NCBI GenBank assembly: GCA_051859245.1
Contig: JBHYGA010000009.1
Span: 1 to 64,000, forward strand
Direction of reading: 5' to 3'
DNA from: Gemmatimonadaceae bacterium
GTDB lineage: Bacteria > Gemmatimonadota > Gemmatimonadetes > Gemmatimonadales > Gemmatimonadaceae
DNA: 64,000 nucleotides
Both the position numbers and the translations under genes were made by a program. This document shows positions 17,972-26,671 of the stretch, piece by piece. The notes beneath the pieces were generated by a model. The model saw only the letters and a list, made by a program, of their open reading frames with translations, was not told the DNA's origin and did not search any database. The stretch's first letter is position 1; each line of letters opens with the position of its first letter.

Positions 17972-19459
17972 ATGACCTCAAGCGCCGCCCCCATTCCTTC
18001 GGACCCCGCCAGCAGCAGCATGCGCGTGCTGGTGGTGGACGATGACCGTACGCTGCGCGAAGGCACGGCGTCGGTGCTGCAGATGGACGGGCACGCGGTC
18101 ACGAGCACGGGCCGAGGCGAAGAGGCCATTGAGCTCGTCCGGCGCCGCAAGTTCGATCTGGTGCTGGTTGACCTCTATATGACGCCGATTGGCGGCATTG
18201 ATATCCTCCGCGCCTGCCTGGACACGCATCGCGATACCATCGTGGTGGTCATGACGGGCAACCCCAGCGTGGCGTCGAGCATTGAAGCGCTGCGCATGGG
18301 CGCCTGGGACTATCTGCCCAAGCCGTTTTCGGCGTCGCACCTGCAGGTGCTGGTGGGGCGTGCGGCCCACGCCGTGGCCAGTGCACGGGATTCTCGCGAA
18401 CAAACGGCCGCACCGAGTGCTAGGCCGCAGCTCGTCACTCAAAGCGGCGCCGGTGAGCTCATGGCGCTGCTGGGCGACAGCCCGAGCTTCCGCAAAGCCG
18501 TTGACCTCGCGCAAAAGGTGGCGGGCACCGACGCGAGTGTGATGATCTCGGGCGAAAGCGGCACGGGTAAGGAAATGATCGCGCAGTTCATTCACAAACA
18601 CAGTCGGCGCGCTCAGCGCAAACTGGTGCCGGTGAACTGCGCAGCGCTTCCTGAGAACCTGCTCGAAAGCGAAATGTTCGGTTACCGCAAAGGCGCCTTT
18701 ACCGGCGCTGACCGCGACAAGGCCGGATTGCTGGAAGTAGCGAACGGCGGCACGCTGTTCCTCGACGAACTCACCGAAATGACGATGCCGCTGCAGGCCA
18801 AACTGCTGCGCGTGTTGCAGGACGGTGTGGTACGCCGGCTCGGCAGTGAAACACACGACGCCGTAGTTGACGTGCGTTTCATCTCGGCGACCAATCGTGA
18901 TCCGCAGGAGTCAGTGAAGCAGGGGATTCTGCGCGAAGACCTGTTCTATCGCTTGCGCGTGGTGCCCATCAAGCTGCCACCACTTCGTCAGCGCACCGAA
19001 GATATTCCCATGCTGGCCGAGCATTTCTTGCGTAGCTCGTGGCAGCGTCACCGCGGTAATACGGAGCCGCCGGTGTTCGGCAGCAGCGCGGTGGACTTTC
19101 TCGTTTCGCGGCAGTGGCGCGGTAACGTGCGCGAGTTGCAGAACGTGATCGAGCACGTAGCCGTAATTTCTGAACCAGGCCAGGCGATCTCGCCCGATGA
19201 TATTCCGGTGCACGATGATGGCGCTGCGCCGTCGTCGAGCGACGCGGTGATGCCGTCGGCGTATCTCAATGAGCCGTTTCACAGTGCCAAAGATCGGCTC
19301 GTGGCGGTGTTTGAAAAGGAATATCTCGCGCGTCTGACCACGCGAGCGTCTGGCAATATGTCCAAGGCGGCACGCCTCGCGGGCATTGATCGCACCACGC
19401 TCTATCGCCTGCTTGAGAAGCACGAGATTCGCCGAGACGATCCGGGCGACGGCGAGTAG
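17972..19459 (+). CDS. Sigma54-dependent NtrC-family response regulator (REC-AAA+-Fis HTH)
   Basis: Intact REC (VVDDD, VDLYM, KPF); GESGTGKE, ESEMFG, GAFTGA, LFLDE, WRGNVREL; HTH AARLAGIDRTTLYR. Confidence 0.95.
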   Translation: MTSSAAPIPSDPASSSMRVLVVDDDRTLREGTASVLQMDGHAVTSTGRGEEAIELVRRRKFDLVLVDLYMTPIGGIDILRACLDTHRDTIVVVMTGNPSVASSIEALRMGAWDYLPKPFSASHLQVLVGRAAHAVASARDSREQTAAPSARPQLVTQSGAGELMALLGDSPSFRKAVDLAQKVAGTDASVMISGESGTGKEMIAQFIHKHSRRAQRKLVPVNCAALPENLLESEMFGYRKGAFTGADRDKAGLLEVANGGTLFLDELTEMTMPLQAKLLRVLQDGVVRRLGSETHDAVVDVRFISATNRDPQESVKQGILREDLFYRLRVVPIKLPPLRQRTEDIPMLAEHFLRSSWQRHRGNTEPPVFGSSAVDFLVSRQWRGNVRELQNVIEHVAVISEPGQAISPDDIPVHDDGAAPSSSDAVMPSAYLNEPFHSAKDRLVAVFEKEYLARLTTRASGNMSKAARLAGIDRTTLYRLLEKHEIRRDDPGDGE

Positions 19460-19464
19460 TATTT

Positions 19465-20583
19465 GTGCGCAGTCCTGCAATCGGCACGCGTGTACCGCGG
19501 CCGCTCGAATCAGATAACGAGTCGAACGATATACTCGGACGTGCCGTGCAGTCGGTTGGGAAGTCAATCGACGACGCGCACTCGCCGAACACGCGCGAGG
19601 CGCTCACGCTGCGCGCTCGACTTGACGAACTTGGCGAGCTTGTCCGCCAATCACGACGGCTCGACAGTCCAGTAATTGAGGGGAGCGAACACATTGACAG
19701 TGTCTCGCGGCAGCTACTCGACCTTTTGCGCCGTCAGGTACTCCTGGCAGCGCACGCGGCGGGTGACGCGGAGGGATTCGCCGAATCACACCGACTGCTA
19801 ATGGCGATTGAATTGCTGAGTATCACCGCCGAATCGACCGCAACTATGGGTCTTCCTTGGATGCGTCACGATGCGAATGCCAAGGAAGTCCTAGCTGAAG
19901 TCGCACACGATATGCGCTCGCCACTCGGCGCGATCCTATTTCTGGTGGAGCGTGTGCGCTCTGGACAGAGCGGTAGCGTTAACGAGGCGCAGGCCAAACA
20001 ACTTGGTCTCGCATACAGTGCCGCGTTCGAACTGAATGGGCTCACGTCTGACCTCACCGAACTCGCGCATGGCGGTCGTCGTTTGACTGAGCTGGACCCA
20101 ATGCCATTTGCAATTTCAACGATCATTCACTCTGTCGAAGCACTTGTTCGACCCATCGCGGAAGAAAAGGGGCTTGAGCTGGTCACTTTCGTGCCGCCAA
20201 GGGATGTGCGGATAGGGAATGCTTCGGCTTTGACACGAGTGTTACTCAACCTTTGTACGAACGCTTGCAAGTTTACCGATGCGGGCAGAGTGGTGCTCTC
20301 AGCAGACGTGATTGACGAGGATAAAATCCAGTTCACAGTCCGCGACAATGGGCGCGGCTTGCCTGACGAGCTAGCCGCCGCGTTTTCTCCGTCTGCAGTT
20401 TCAGCGCGTCGCGGTTTCGCAATACCAGCTTCACGCCGGTTCAGCAGTACAGGACTTGGTCTCGCTATCTGTTCGCGACTAGTGACCGCTATGGGTGGTG
20501 TGATTTCGCTTGCCGACACCTCGCCAGATGATACTCGCAGCGGCACGGCTCTCACGTTTACACTTAGACTGCCGCGCGTATGA
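19465..20583 (+). CDS. Soluble sensor histidine kinase
   Basis: H-box VAHDMRSPL, N-box NLCTNACKFT, G1 DNGRG, G2 TGLGL; no TM segment; start uncertain. Confidence 0.88.
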   Translation: MRSPAIGTRVPRPLESDNESNDILGRAVQSVGKSIDDAHSPNTREALTLRARLDELGELVRQSRRLDSPVIEGSEHIDSVSRQLLDLLRRQVLLAAHAAGDAEGFAESHRLLMAIELLSITAESTATMGLPWMRHDANAKEVLAEVAHDMRSPLGAILFLVERVRSGQSGSVNEAQAKQLGLAYSAAFELNGLTSDLTELAHGGRRLTELDPMPFAISTIIHSVEALVRPIAEEKGLELVTFVPPRDVRIGNASALTRVLLNLCTNACKFTDAGRVVLSADVIDEDKIQFTVRDNGRGLPDELAAAFSPSAVSARRGFAIPASRRFSSTGLGLAICSRLVTAMGGVISLADTSPDDTRSGTALTFTLRLPRV

Positions 20584-22397
20584 GTCGAATCAAGACATTG
20601 GCGTCGAAGCTGAGAAAGTCAGGAATATTTGCTGCTGCCTGGCTGAATCGCCGGCGGCTCTCCTCTATCCCTGTTATCGGCATCACCGGGAGCGCCGGCA
20701 AGACTACAACGAAGGAGTTGTGTGTTTCCGTGCTCGCGCCTTTCGGCGCGTGTGTCAGCACGGAAAGATCCAAGAACACGTGGATGTCAGCGGCCAAGCT
20801 GATGCTCCGTCTGACATCAAAAACGCGGTTTTGTGTCGCTGAAATGGGAATTATGAGACCTGGCGGGCTGAATCTGACGCTCAAGCTCGCACAACCCACG
20901 ATCGGCGTTTTCACTCTGGTTGCGCGCGATCACTATTCAGCTTTCAGAAGCCTCGAGGCCATCGCTGAGGAAAAGAGCAAACTGATTTTTGCGTTGCCTC
21001 GTAGCGGCACCGCGATCATAAATATCGACGACGCACTGGTCCGTCGAGTTGGAGAGCAAGCCCCGTGCAAAGTCATAACAATTGGCCGTGACGAGCATGC
21101 GGATATTCGGCTCATCTCGGCACGCTCTGTTTGGCCAGAGCCACTGACCTTGCAGGTACGCGTGTTTGGCGAAGAGCACACCGTCAAAACCCAGCTTCAC
21201 GGAGAACATCTTGCTTTGAATGTTCTCGCTACACTTGGCGTAACGTCGGCGCTGCATCTGCCTCTCGATCGTGTGCTAGCTTCGCTGGAGAGTGCGGATC
21301 AGGCAGAAGGTCGCATGCAACCCGTGATCGGCGCAGACGGTGTTACTTTCTTGCGCGATGATTTCAAAGCGCCCCAGTGGTCGTTCCACGCGCCGCTTGA
21401 GGTGCTAAAGTCTTCAAGCGCCCTGCGAAAAATTGTGGTGGTCGGAACCGTTTCCGACTCGCCGGATTCTCCGTCGAAGCGATATCTCCGCATCGCTCGA
21501 GATGTCAGAAAGATAGCTGATCTTGCAGTTTTCATTGGTCGAGATGCGCAAAAAGCGCTAAAGGCGCGAAGCTCGCCAGACGACGCTTCAATCCAGGCAT
21601 TCACACAGCTGGAATACGCAAGCGCCTTCCTTAAACGCGAGCTCCGTCGGGGCGATCTTGTTCTGCTAAAAGGTACGAACAAGCAGGATCATCTCGTTCG
21701 TTTGATTCTTGACCGAGAAAATCCGATCTCGTGCTGGCGAGAGAACTGTGAGATTGAAGCCTTCTGCTCGACATGTCGGCTTTTGCACCGCGCCGAATCG
21801 AACAAGCGGGAGGTTCGAGATCCAGACGCCACCCCGATGGACTTCTGCGATCCAAGTGCCGCCACCAACGTGATCGTCGGGCTTGGTAACCCAGGCGATC
21901 GATACGCCGACACGCCTCACAACGCGGGGCACATGTTCGTCGATGGCCTTGCACTCGCTTTCGGTTCCAGATGGGAGTCCCACAGGCTTGGCAAAGTCTG
22001 CGCAGTAGAAATGGACGGCAAGCGCGTGCTGCTTTTTAAGCCGGGAACGCTGATGAATGTCAGCGGTGAGCCTGTACGTGACTTCCTTCATGAAATCGGT
22101 GGCCACCCCCATCTGCTCTCTGTCGCACATGACGAGATTGATCTTGAGCTGGGAGATGTACGGCTCAAGAAGGGTGGCGGTGACGCAGGCCACAAAGGCA
22201 TACGCTCCGTAATCGCGGGCCTTGGTACTGAAGCGTTTACGCGAGTCAGACTCGGTGTCCGCTCCTCGGTTGATAACCGGAAGGCCAAGGAGATTGTTCT
22301 CGAGCGATTCTCCGCCGCTCAACTGGAAGTCTTGCGAGGTGCATGCCAACGCGCAGGGGAACTAGTCCGGGCTACCTCCACCATGCCCACTGCGTAG
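20580..22397 (+). CDS. Fusion of MurF-like Mur ligase (middle and C-terminal domains) with a peptidyl-tRNA hydrolase domain
   Basis: GITGSAGKTTTK, AEMG, DH, EKSKL, NIDD, GRMQ and LLKG Mur motifs; from about 21867 VIVGLGNPG..Y..TPHNAG, KPGTLMNVSG, VAHDEIDL, GHKG and RVRLGV Pth motifs; one continuous ORF. Confidence 0.88.
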   Translation: MSRIKTLASKLRKSGIFAAAWLNRRRLSSIPVIGITGSAGKTTTKELCVSVLAPFGACVSTERSKNTWMSAAKLMLRLTSKTRFCVAEMGIMRPGGLNLTLKLAQPTIGVFTLVARDHYSAFRSLEAIAEEKSKLIFALPRSGTAIINIDDALVRRVGEQAPCKVITIGRDEHADIRLISARSVWPEPLTLQVRVFGEEHTVKTQLHGEHLALNVLATLGVTSALHLPLDRVLASLESADQAEGRMQPVIGADGVTFLRDDFKAPQWSFHAPLEVLKSSSALRKIVVVGTVSDSPDSPSKRYLRIARDVRKIADLAVFIGRDAQKALKARSSPDDASIQAFTQLEYASAFLKRELRRGDLVLLKGTNKQDHLVRLILDRENPISCWRENCEIEAFCSTCRLLHRAESNKREVRDPDATPMDFCDPSAATNVIVGLGNPGDRYADTPHNAGHMFVDGLALAFGSRWESHRLGKVCAVEMDGKRVLLFKPGTLMNVSGEPVRDFLHEIGGHPHLLSVAHDEIDLELGDVRLKKGGGDAGHKGIRSVIAGLGTEAFTRVRLGVRSSVDNRKAKEIVLERFSAAQLEVLRGACQRAGELVRATSTMPTA

Positions 22398-22475
22398 ATT
22401 CCGAGCAGGCAAACAACTCCCCCGTGGCCCCGCTGCGGCTCCAATTCCGCACGCTCGATCAGCTAAGGAATGACG

Positions 22476-23837
22476 ATGACGGATTCCACCAAGACCGCCG
22501 AAGGCGCGCTCGAACTGCGCGACACTCGTACCGGAACTCAGTACTCCGTTCCCATTAAGACCGAAGGCCCCGAAGGCGATACCTATATTCGGGCCACCGA
22601 CCTGCGCCCGATCAAGCAGCAGCCCGACGAGTTCGGCCTGCTCACCTACGATCCGGCCTTCATGAACACCGCGTCGTGCAAGAGCGCGATCACGTTCATT
22701 GACGGCGACAAAGGCATTCTGCGCTATCGCGGCTACCCCATTGAGCAGCTGGCCGAAAAGGCCACGTTCCTGGAGGTGGCGTACCTGCTGCGCCACGGTG
22801 AGCTGCCCAATCAGAGTGAGTACAACACGTGGGTGCACGACATCACGTTCCACACCTACGTACACGAAAACATCCGCAAGTTCCTCGAAGGGTTCCGCTA
22901 CGACGCGCACCCGATGAGCATGTTGTGCAGCGCCACGGCGGCACTGTCGAGCTTTTATCCGCAGGCCCGCGACATCGATGATCCGCACCAGCGCTACATC
23001 TCGATCATTCGTCTGCTCGCCAAGCTGCCCACGATTGCCGCATTTGCGTATCGCCATGTGAAGGGATTGCCGTTCATCTATCCCGACAATGAGCTCTCGT
23101 ACAGCGAGAACTTTTTGAGCATGGTCGCGCGCATGTCGGAGCCCAAGTACAACGCCAATCCGGTGTTCGTAAAGGCGCTCGAAGTGCTGTTCATTTTGCA
23201 CGCCGACCACGAGCAGAACTGCTCCACCAGCGCGGTGCGCGCGGTGGGATCAAGCCACGTGGACCCGTTCTCGGCCGTTGCAGCCGGCATTGCCGCACTC
23301 TTTGGCCCGCTCCATGGCGGTGCCAACGAAGCGGTGCTCACCATGATCAAGCGCATTGGCCACAAGAAAAACATTCCGGCCTTCATTGAGAATGTGAAGA
23401 GCGGCGGCGGCGAGCGCCTCATGGGCTTTGGCCACCGCGTGTACAAGAGTTACGATCCGCGGGCCCGGATCGTGAAGAAGTTGGCGGACGAAGTGTTTGC
23501 GCAGGTGGGCATGGATTCAGACCTTGAGATTGCGCTGGAGCTTGAGCGCATTGCCCTTGAGGACGAGTATTTCATCTCGCGCAAGTTGTATCCGAACGTG
23601 GACTTCTACACCGGACTCATCTATCGCTCGATGGCGTTTCCGGCAGACTTTTTCACCGTGCTGTTCGCCGTGGCGCGTGTATCCGGCTGGGCCGCGCAGT
23701 GGGAGGAGATGGTGCTCGACAAGGAACAGAAGATTGCCCGCCCGCGCCAGATCTACGTTGGCGCCGGCGAACGCGAATACAGTGACGCACTGGCGGACAA
23801 GTTTCCGCGAGCGCGGAAAGACAGTATCCGAAAGTGA
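22476..23837 (+). CDS. gltA: Citrate synthase
   Basis: DG.KG.L.YRGY, HADHEQNCST, GPLHGGAN, MGFGHRVYK, PNVDF; AAGGA RBS favours ATG 22476 (alternative 22470). Confidence 0.96.
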   Translation: MTDSTKTAEGALELRDTRTGTQYSVPIKTEGPEGDTYIRATDLRPIKQQPDEFGLLTYDPAFMNTASCKSAITFIDGDKGILRYRGYPIEQLAEKATFLEVAYLLRHGELPNQSEYNTWVHDITFHTYVHENIRKFLEGFRYDAHPMSMLCSATAALSSFYPQARDIDDPHQRYISIIRLLAKLPTIAAFAYRHVKGLPFIYPDNELSYSENFLSMVARMSEPKYNANPVFVKALEVLFILHADHEQNCSTSAVRAVGSSHVDPFSAVAAGIAALFGPLHGGANEAVLTMIKRIGHKKNIPAFIENVKSGGGERLMGFGHRVYKSYDPRARIVKKLADEVFAQVGMDSDLEIALELERIALEDEYFISRKLYPNVDFYTGLIYRSMAFPADFFTVLFAVARVSGWAAQWEEMVLDKEQKIARPRQIYVGAGEREYSDALADKFPRARKDSIRK

Positions 23838-24721
23838 CGCACGTCGGCGCCGATTCCTTGCGGCCACTCGGCGCCGAGCGGCCTGTACCAGTCTTCAGTG
23901 TTGATGTGGAAGACTGGTTTCAGGTCAGCGCGTTCGACGCGCACGTTGAACGAACGCGCTGGGACAGTTACGAGTCGCGTGTGGTGAGCAACACCGAACG
24001 GTTGCTCGACCTGATGGATGAAAGCGGAGGGCGCGGTACGTTCTTCACGCTTGGCTGGGTGGCGAAGAAGTTTCCGGCGCTGGTGCGTACGATTGCCGAA
24101 CGTGGACACGAAGTTGCGTCGCATGGATTCTGGCATCAGCGCATTCCCACCATTTCCGAAGCACAGTTTCGCGACGATGTGCGCAGCGCCAAAGCCGCGC
24201 TCGAAGATGCGTGTGGATGCATGGTGCGAGGATATCGTGCGCCTTCGTTTTCGCTTACCGATGATGTCTTGTGGGCCGCGCGCATTCTGGTTGAAGAAGG
24301 TCATGTGTACGACTCGAGCCGATTCCCAATCGCACGATCCGGATACGGCACGGCAACTGGCCGACGCGATCCGCATGTAATCAACACACCGTCTGGAGAC
24401 TTGCTGGAATTTCCGCCGGCGGTGTGGTTGTTCGCCGGTCAGCGCGTACCGGTGGCCGGTGGCGGATGGTTCCGGCAACTACCGCTCGCTGTGATCAAAC
24501 GCGGACTTGGCGCTGTGCTGGCCGACAGTATGCCGGCGGTGTTCTACATTCATCCGTGGGAGATTGACCCTGGGCAGCCGCGCATGACTGTGGGGCTCGT
24601 TACGCGGGTACGACATTACCGCGGTCTCAGCGCGGCCGAAGCTCGGCTGCGCGAATTATTGAACACTTGGAAGTTTGAAGCATTTGATTCACTGCTTGTT
24701 CTTCCGGCGGCCACAGCATGA
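23834..24721 (+). CDS. XrtA-system polysaccharide deacetylase (DUF3473-type)
   Basis: SVDVEDWFQV, TFFTLGW, HEVASHG, GYRAPSFS, GGGWFR and YIHPWEID motifs. Confidence 0.9.
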   Translation: MTHVGADSLRPLGAERPVPVFSVDVEDWFQVSAFDAHVERTRWDSYESRVVSNTERLLDLMDESGGRGTFFTLGWVAKKFPALVRTIAERGHEVASHGFWHQRIPTISEAQFRDDVRSAKAALEDACGCMVRGYRAPSFSLTDDVLWAARILVEEGHVYDSSRFPIARSGYGTATGRRDPHVINTPSGDLLEFPPAVWLFAGQRVPVAGGGWFRQLPLAVIKRGLGAVLADSMPAVFYIHPWEIDPGQPRMTVGLVTRVRHYRGLSAAEARLRELLNTWKFEAFDSLLVLPAATA

Positions 24722-25740
24722 GTGCGCTTGAAGTTCGCGAAGCAACCAGCGGCGTAGAGTGGAACGCGTTTGTTGATCAGGCTGAAGGCGGCAGCACGTT
24801 TCATCGCTGGGAGTGGCGCGATTTTTATCGCGACAGTTATGGGCATCAAACGCCGTATCTCGCTGCGTATCGCGCTGGTGCGATTGCCGGAGTGCTGCCC
24901 TTGGTGCGTGTGAAGTCTCTGGTATTCGGCCACTATCTGGTATCCTTGCCCTTCGTGAGCTACGGCGGACCGCTGGGCGAGCCCGACGCACAGCGCGCAT
25001 TGAGTGCGCATGCTGCATCGATTGCGAATGGTGCAAAGTTGGTGGAGCTGCGTTCGCGCGCCCCGATTGACACGGAGCTCACGCTTGTTTCTCGCAAGAT
25101 CACTGTGGTGCGTGATCTCGTGCCGGGCGATTACGAAGCGACGTTCAGAACATTTGACAGTAAAGTGCGCAGTCAGGTTCGACGCGCCGAGCGCGAGGGG
25201 CTGAGCGTTCGCTTTGGTCATGAGCTGCTGCCCGCGTATCATCGTGTGTTTGCTGAACACATGCGGGATCTCGGTTCGCCAGCGCACGGCCTGGAATTTT
25301 TCACGCAACTTGCGCGCGCACTCGGTGATCGCGCGTGGGTGGGCGTGGCGTTTCTTGGCGACGAGCCGGTTGCTGCTGGCTTTGCCATTGAGAACGGGAC
25401 AGAAGTGGAAATCTCGTGGGCGTCAGCACTTCGCAAACATTCAAAGATTGCGCCGAACATGGCGCTGTATGGCGCGTTTATCCGCCGCGCGTGTGAGCAG
25501 GGATTTGAAGCGTTCAACTTTGGTCGCTGCACTGCTGATTCCGGCACGCACAAGTTCAAGCGCCAATGGGGATCACGCGATGAGCCGCTGGCGTGGTATC
25601 AGTACACGCCCGGCGGCGGTGTGTCTGCGCCGCCCAATCCGGATCAGGGTGCGTACGGGACTGCCGTGAAAGTGTGGCAGAAGCTGCCGTTGTCGGTGAC
25701 AACACCGCTGGGTGCGCGGTTGATTGCGGGGATTCCCTAA
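24718..25740 (+). CDS. FemAB-like XrtA/PEP-CTERM system-associated aminoacyl transferase
   Basis: GVLPL..VKS..FG..LVSLPF..YGG, LGSP, APN..LY, FNFGR and FK.QWG motifs. Confidence 0.9.
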   Translation: MSALEVREATSGVEWNAFVDQAEGGSTFHRWEWRDFYRDSYGHQTPYLAAYRAGAIAGVLPLVRVKSLVFGHYLVSLPFVSYGGPLGEPDAQRALSAHAASIANGAKLVELRSRAPIDTELTLVSRKITVVRDLVPGDYEATFRTFDSKVRSQVRRAEREGLSVRFGHELLPAYHRVFAEHMRDLGSPAHGLEFFTQLARALGDRAWVGVAFLGDEPVAAGFAIENGTEVEISWASALRKHSKIAPNMALYGAFIRRACEQGFEAFNFGRCTADSGTHKFKRQWGSRDEPLAWYQYTPGGGVSAPPNPDQGAYGTAVKVWQKLPLSVTTPLGARLIAGIP

Positions 25741-25744
25741 GGCC

Positions 25745-26629
25745 ATGAGTCTGCGTTCTGCGGTGCGTGGCGTGGCGGAAAAATTGCTCGTTCAGCTGCC
25801 ACGGCGAACAAGTAGTGGTGACCGACTCATTCTTTCGTACCACAACGTAGTACCGAGCAGTTGGTCGCCACGCGGCGATAAGTCACTACATCTACCGCTG
25901 AACAAGTTTGAGGAGCAGCTACGCATAATTCGCAATGAAGCAGAGCTTGTCCCGCTCATGGAACTGCTGACAATCGACGCACCAAACGATCGCCGCGTAG
26001 CGATCACCTTTGACGATGCGTACGCGTCAGCGCTTGAGCTCGGTCTAGGCGCATGCTGCGCCTCGGGCATTGCGTGCACTGTGTTCGTTGCGCCCTCGTT
26101 GTTGGACACCGTGCCACCGTGGGATTTGCTGGCCGAGCGAGGTGAATGGGGTGAGGCAGCGCGCGAGCGATTTCTGTGGCAAGGCCGTGGTAGGTCGAAC
26201 ACGGATTTGGCCACGCCCGTCGGGCGGGTTGTCGATCCCGCGATTCGAATCGGCAGTGCTGAGAATCTGCTTGGCGCCGTGAACGCGAGTGGATCCTTGG
26301 TTTCTCTGGGCAATCACAGCATGACTCACGCAAATCTTGGCGCTCTTTCCGCGCCCGAGGTCGAGCAAGAGTTGGCCGATGCAGAGAAATGGCTCCGTGT
26401 TCACGCACCAGCTGCGCGAATTCCTGTCGTCGCGTACCCGTACGGCATCGCTCCACGGGAAGCTGCAAACGCGGATCGAGATGCAGAGTACGGGCTTCTT
26501 GTCAGCGGCGGGTGGATTCGTGCGAACGGGCCAGGCCAGGTTGACCGCTGGCGAATCCCACGCTGGAACGTGCCTGCAGGCATTAGCGCCAACGGGTTCA
26601 ACATTCGCCTTCGCGGTCGCATGCTCTGA
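25745..26629 (+). CDS. Polysaccharide deacetylase (NodB/IcaB-like)
   Basis: LSYH, ITFDDAY, GNHSMTH and AYPYG motifs. Confidence 0.85.
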   Translation: MSLRSAVRGVAEKLLVQLPRRTSSGDRLILSYHNVVPSSWSPRGDKSLHLPLNKFEEQLRIIRNEAELVPLMELLTIDAPNDRRVAITFDDAYASALELGLGACCASGIACTVFVAPSLLDTVPPWDLLAERGEWGEAARERFLWQGRGRSNTDLATPVGRVVDPAIRIGSAENLLGAVNASGSLVSLGNHSMTHANLGALSAPEVEQELADAEKWLRVHAPAARIPVVAYPYGIAPREAANADRDAEYGLLVSGGWIRANGPGQVDRWRIPRWNVPAGISANGFNIRLRGRML

Positions 26630-26671
26630 CGATGAGGGTGCACCGCGTTGCAAGCGGTGGCAGCACACACC

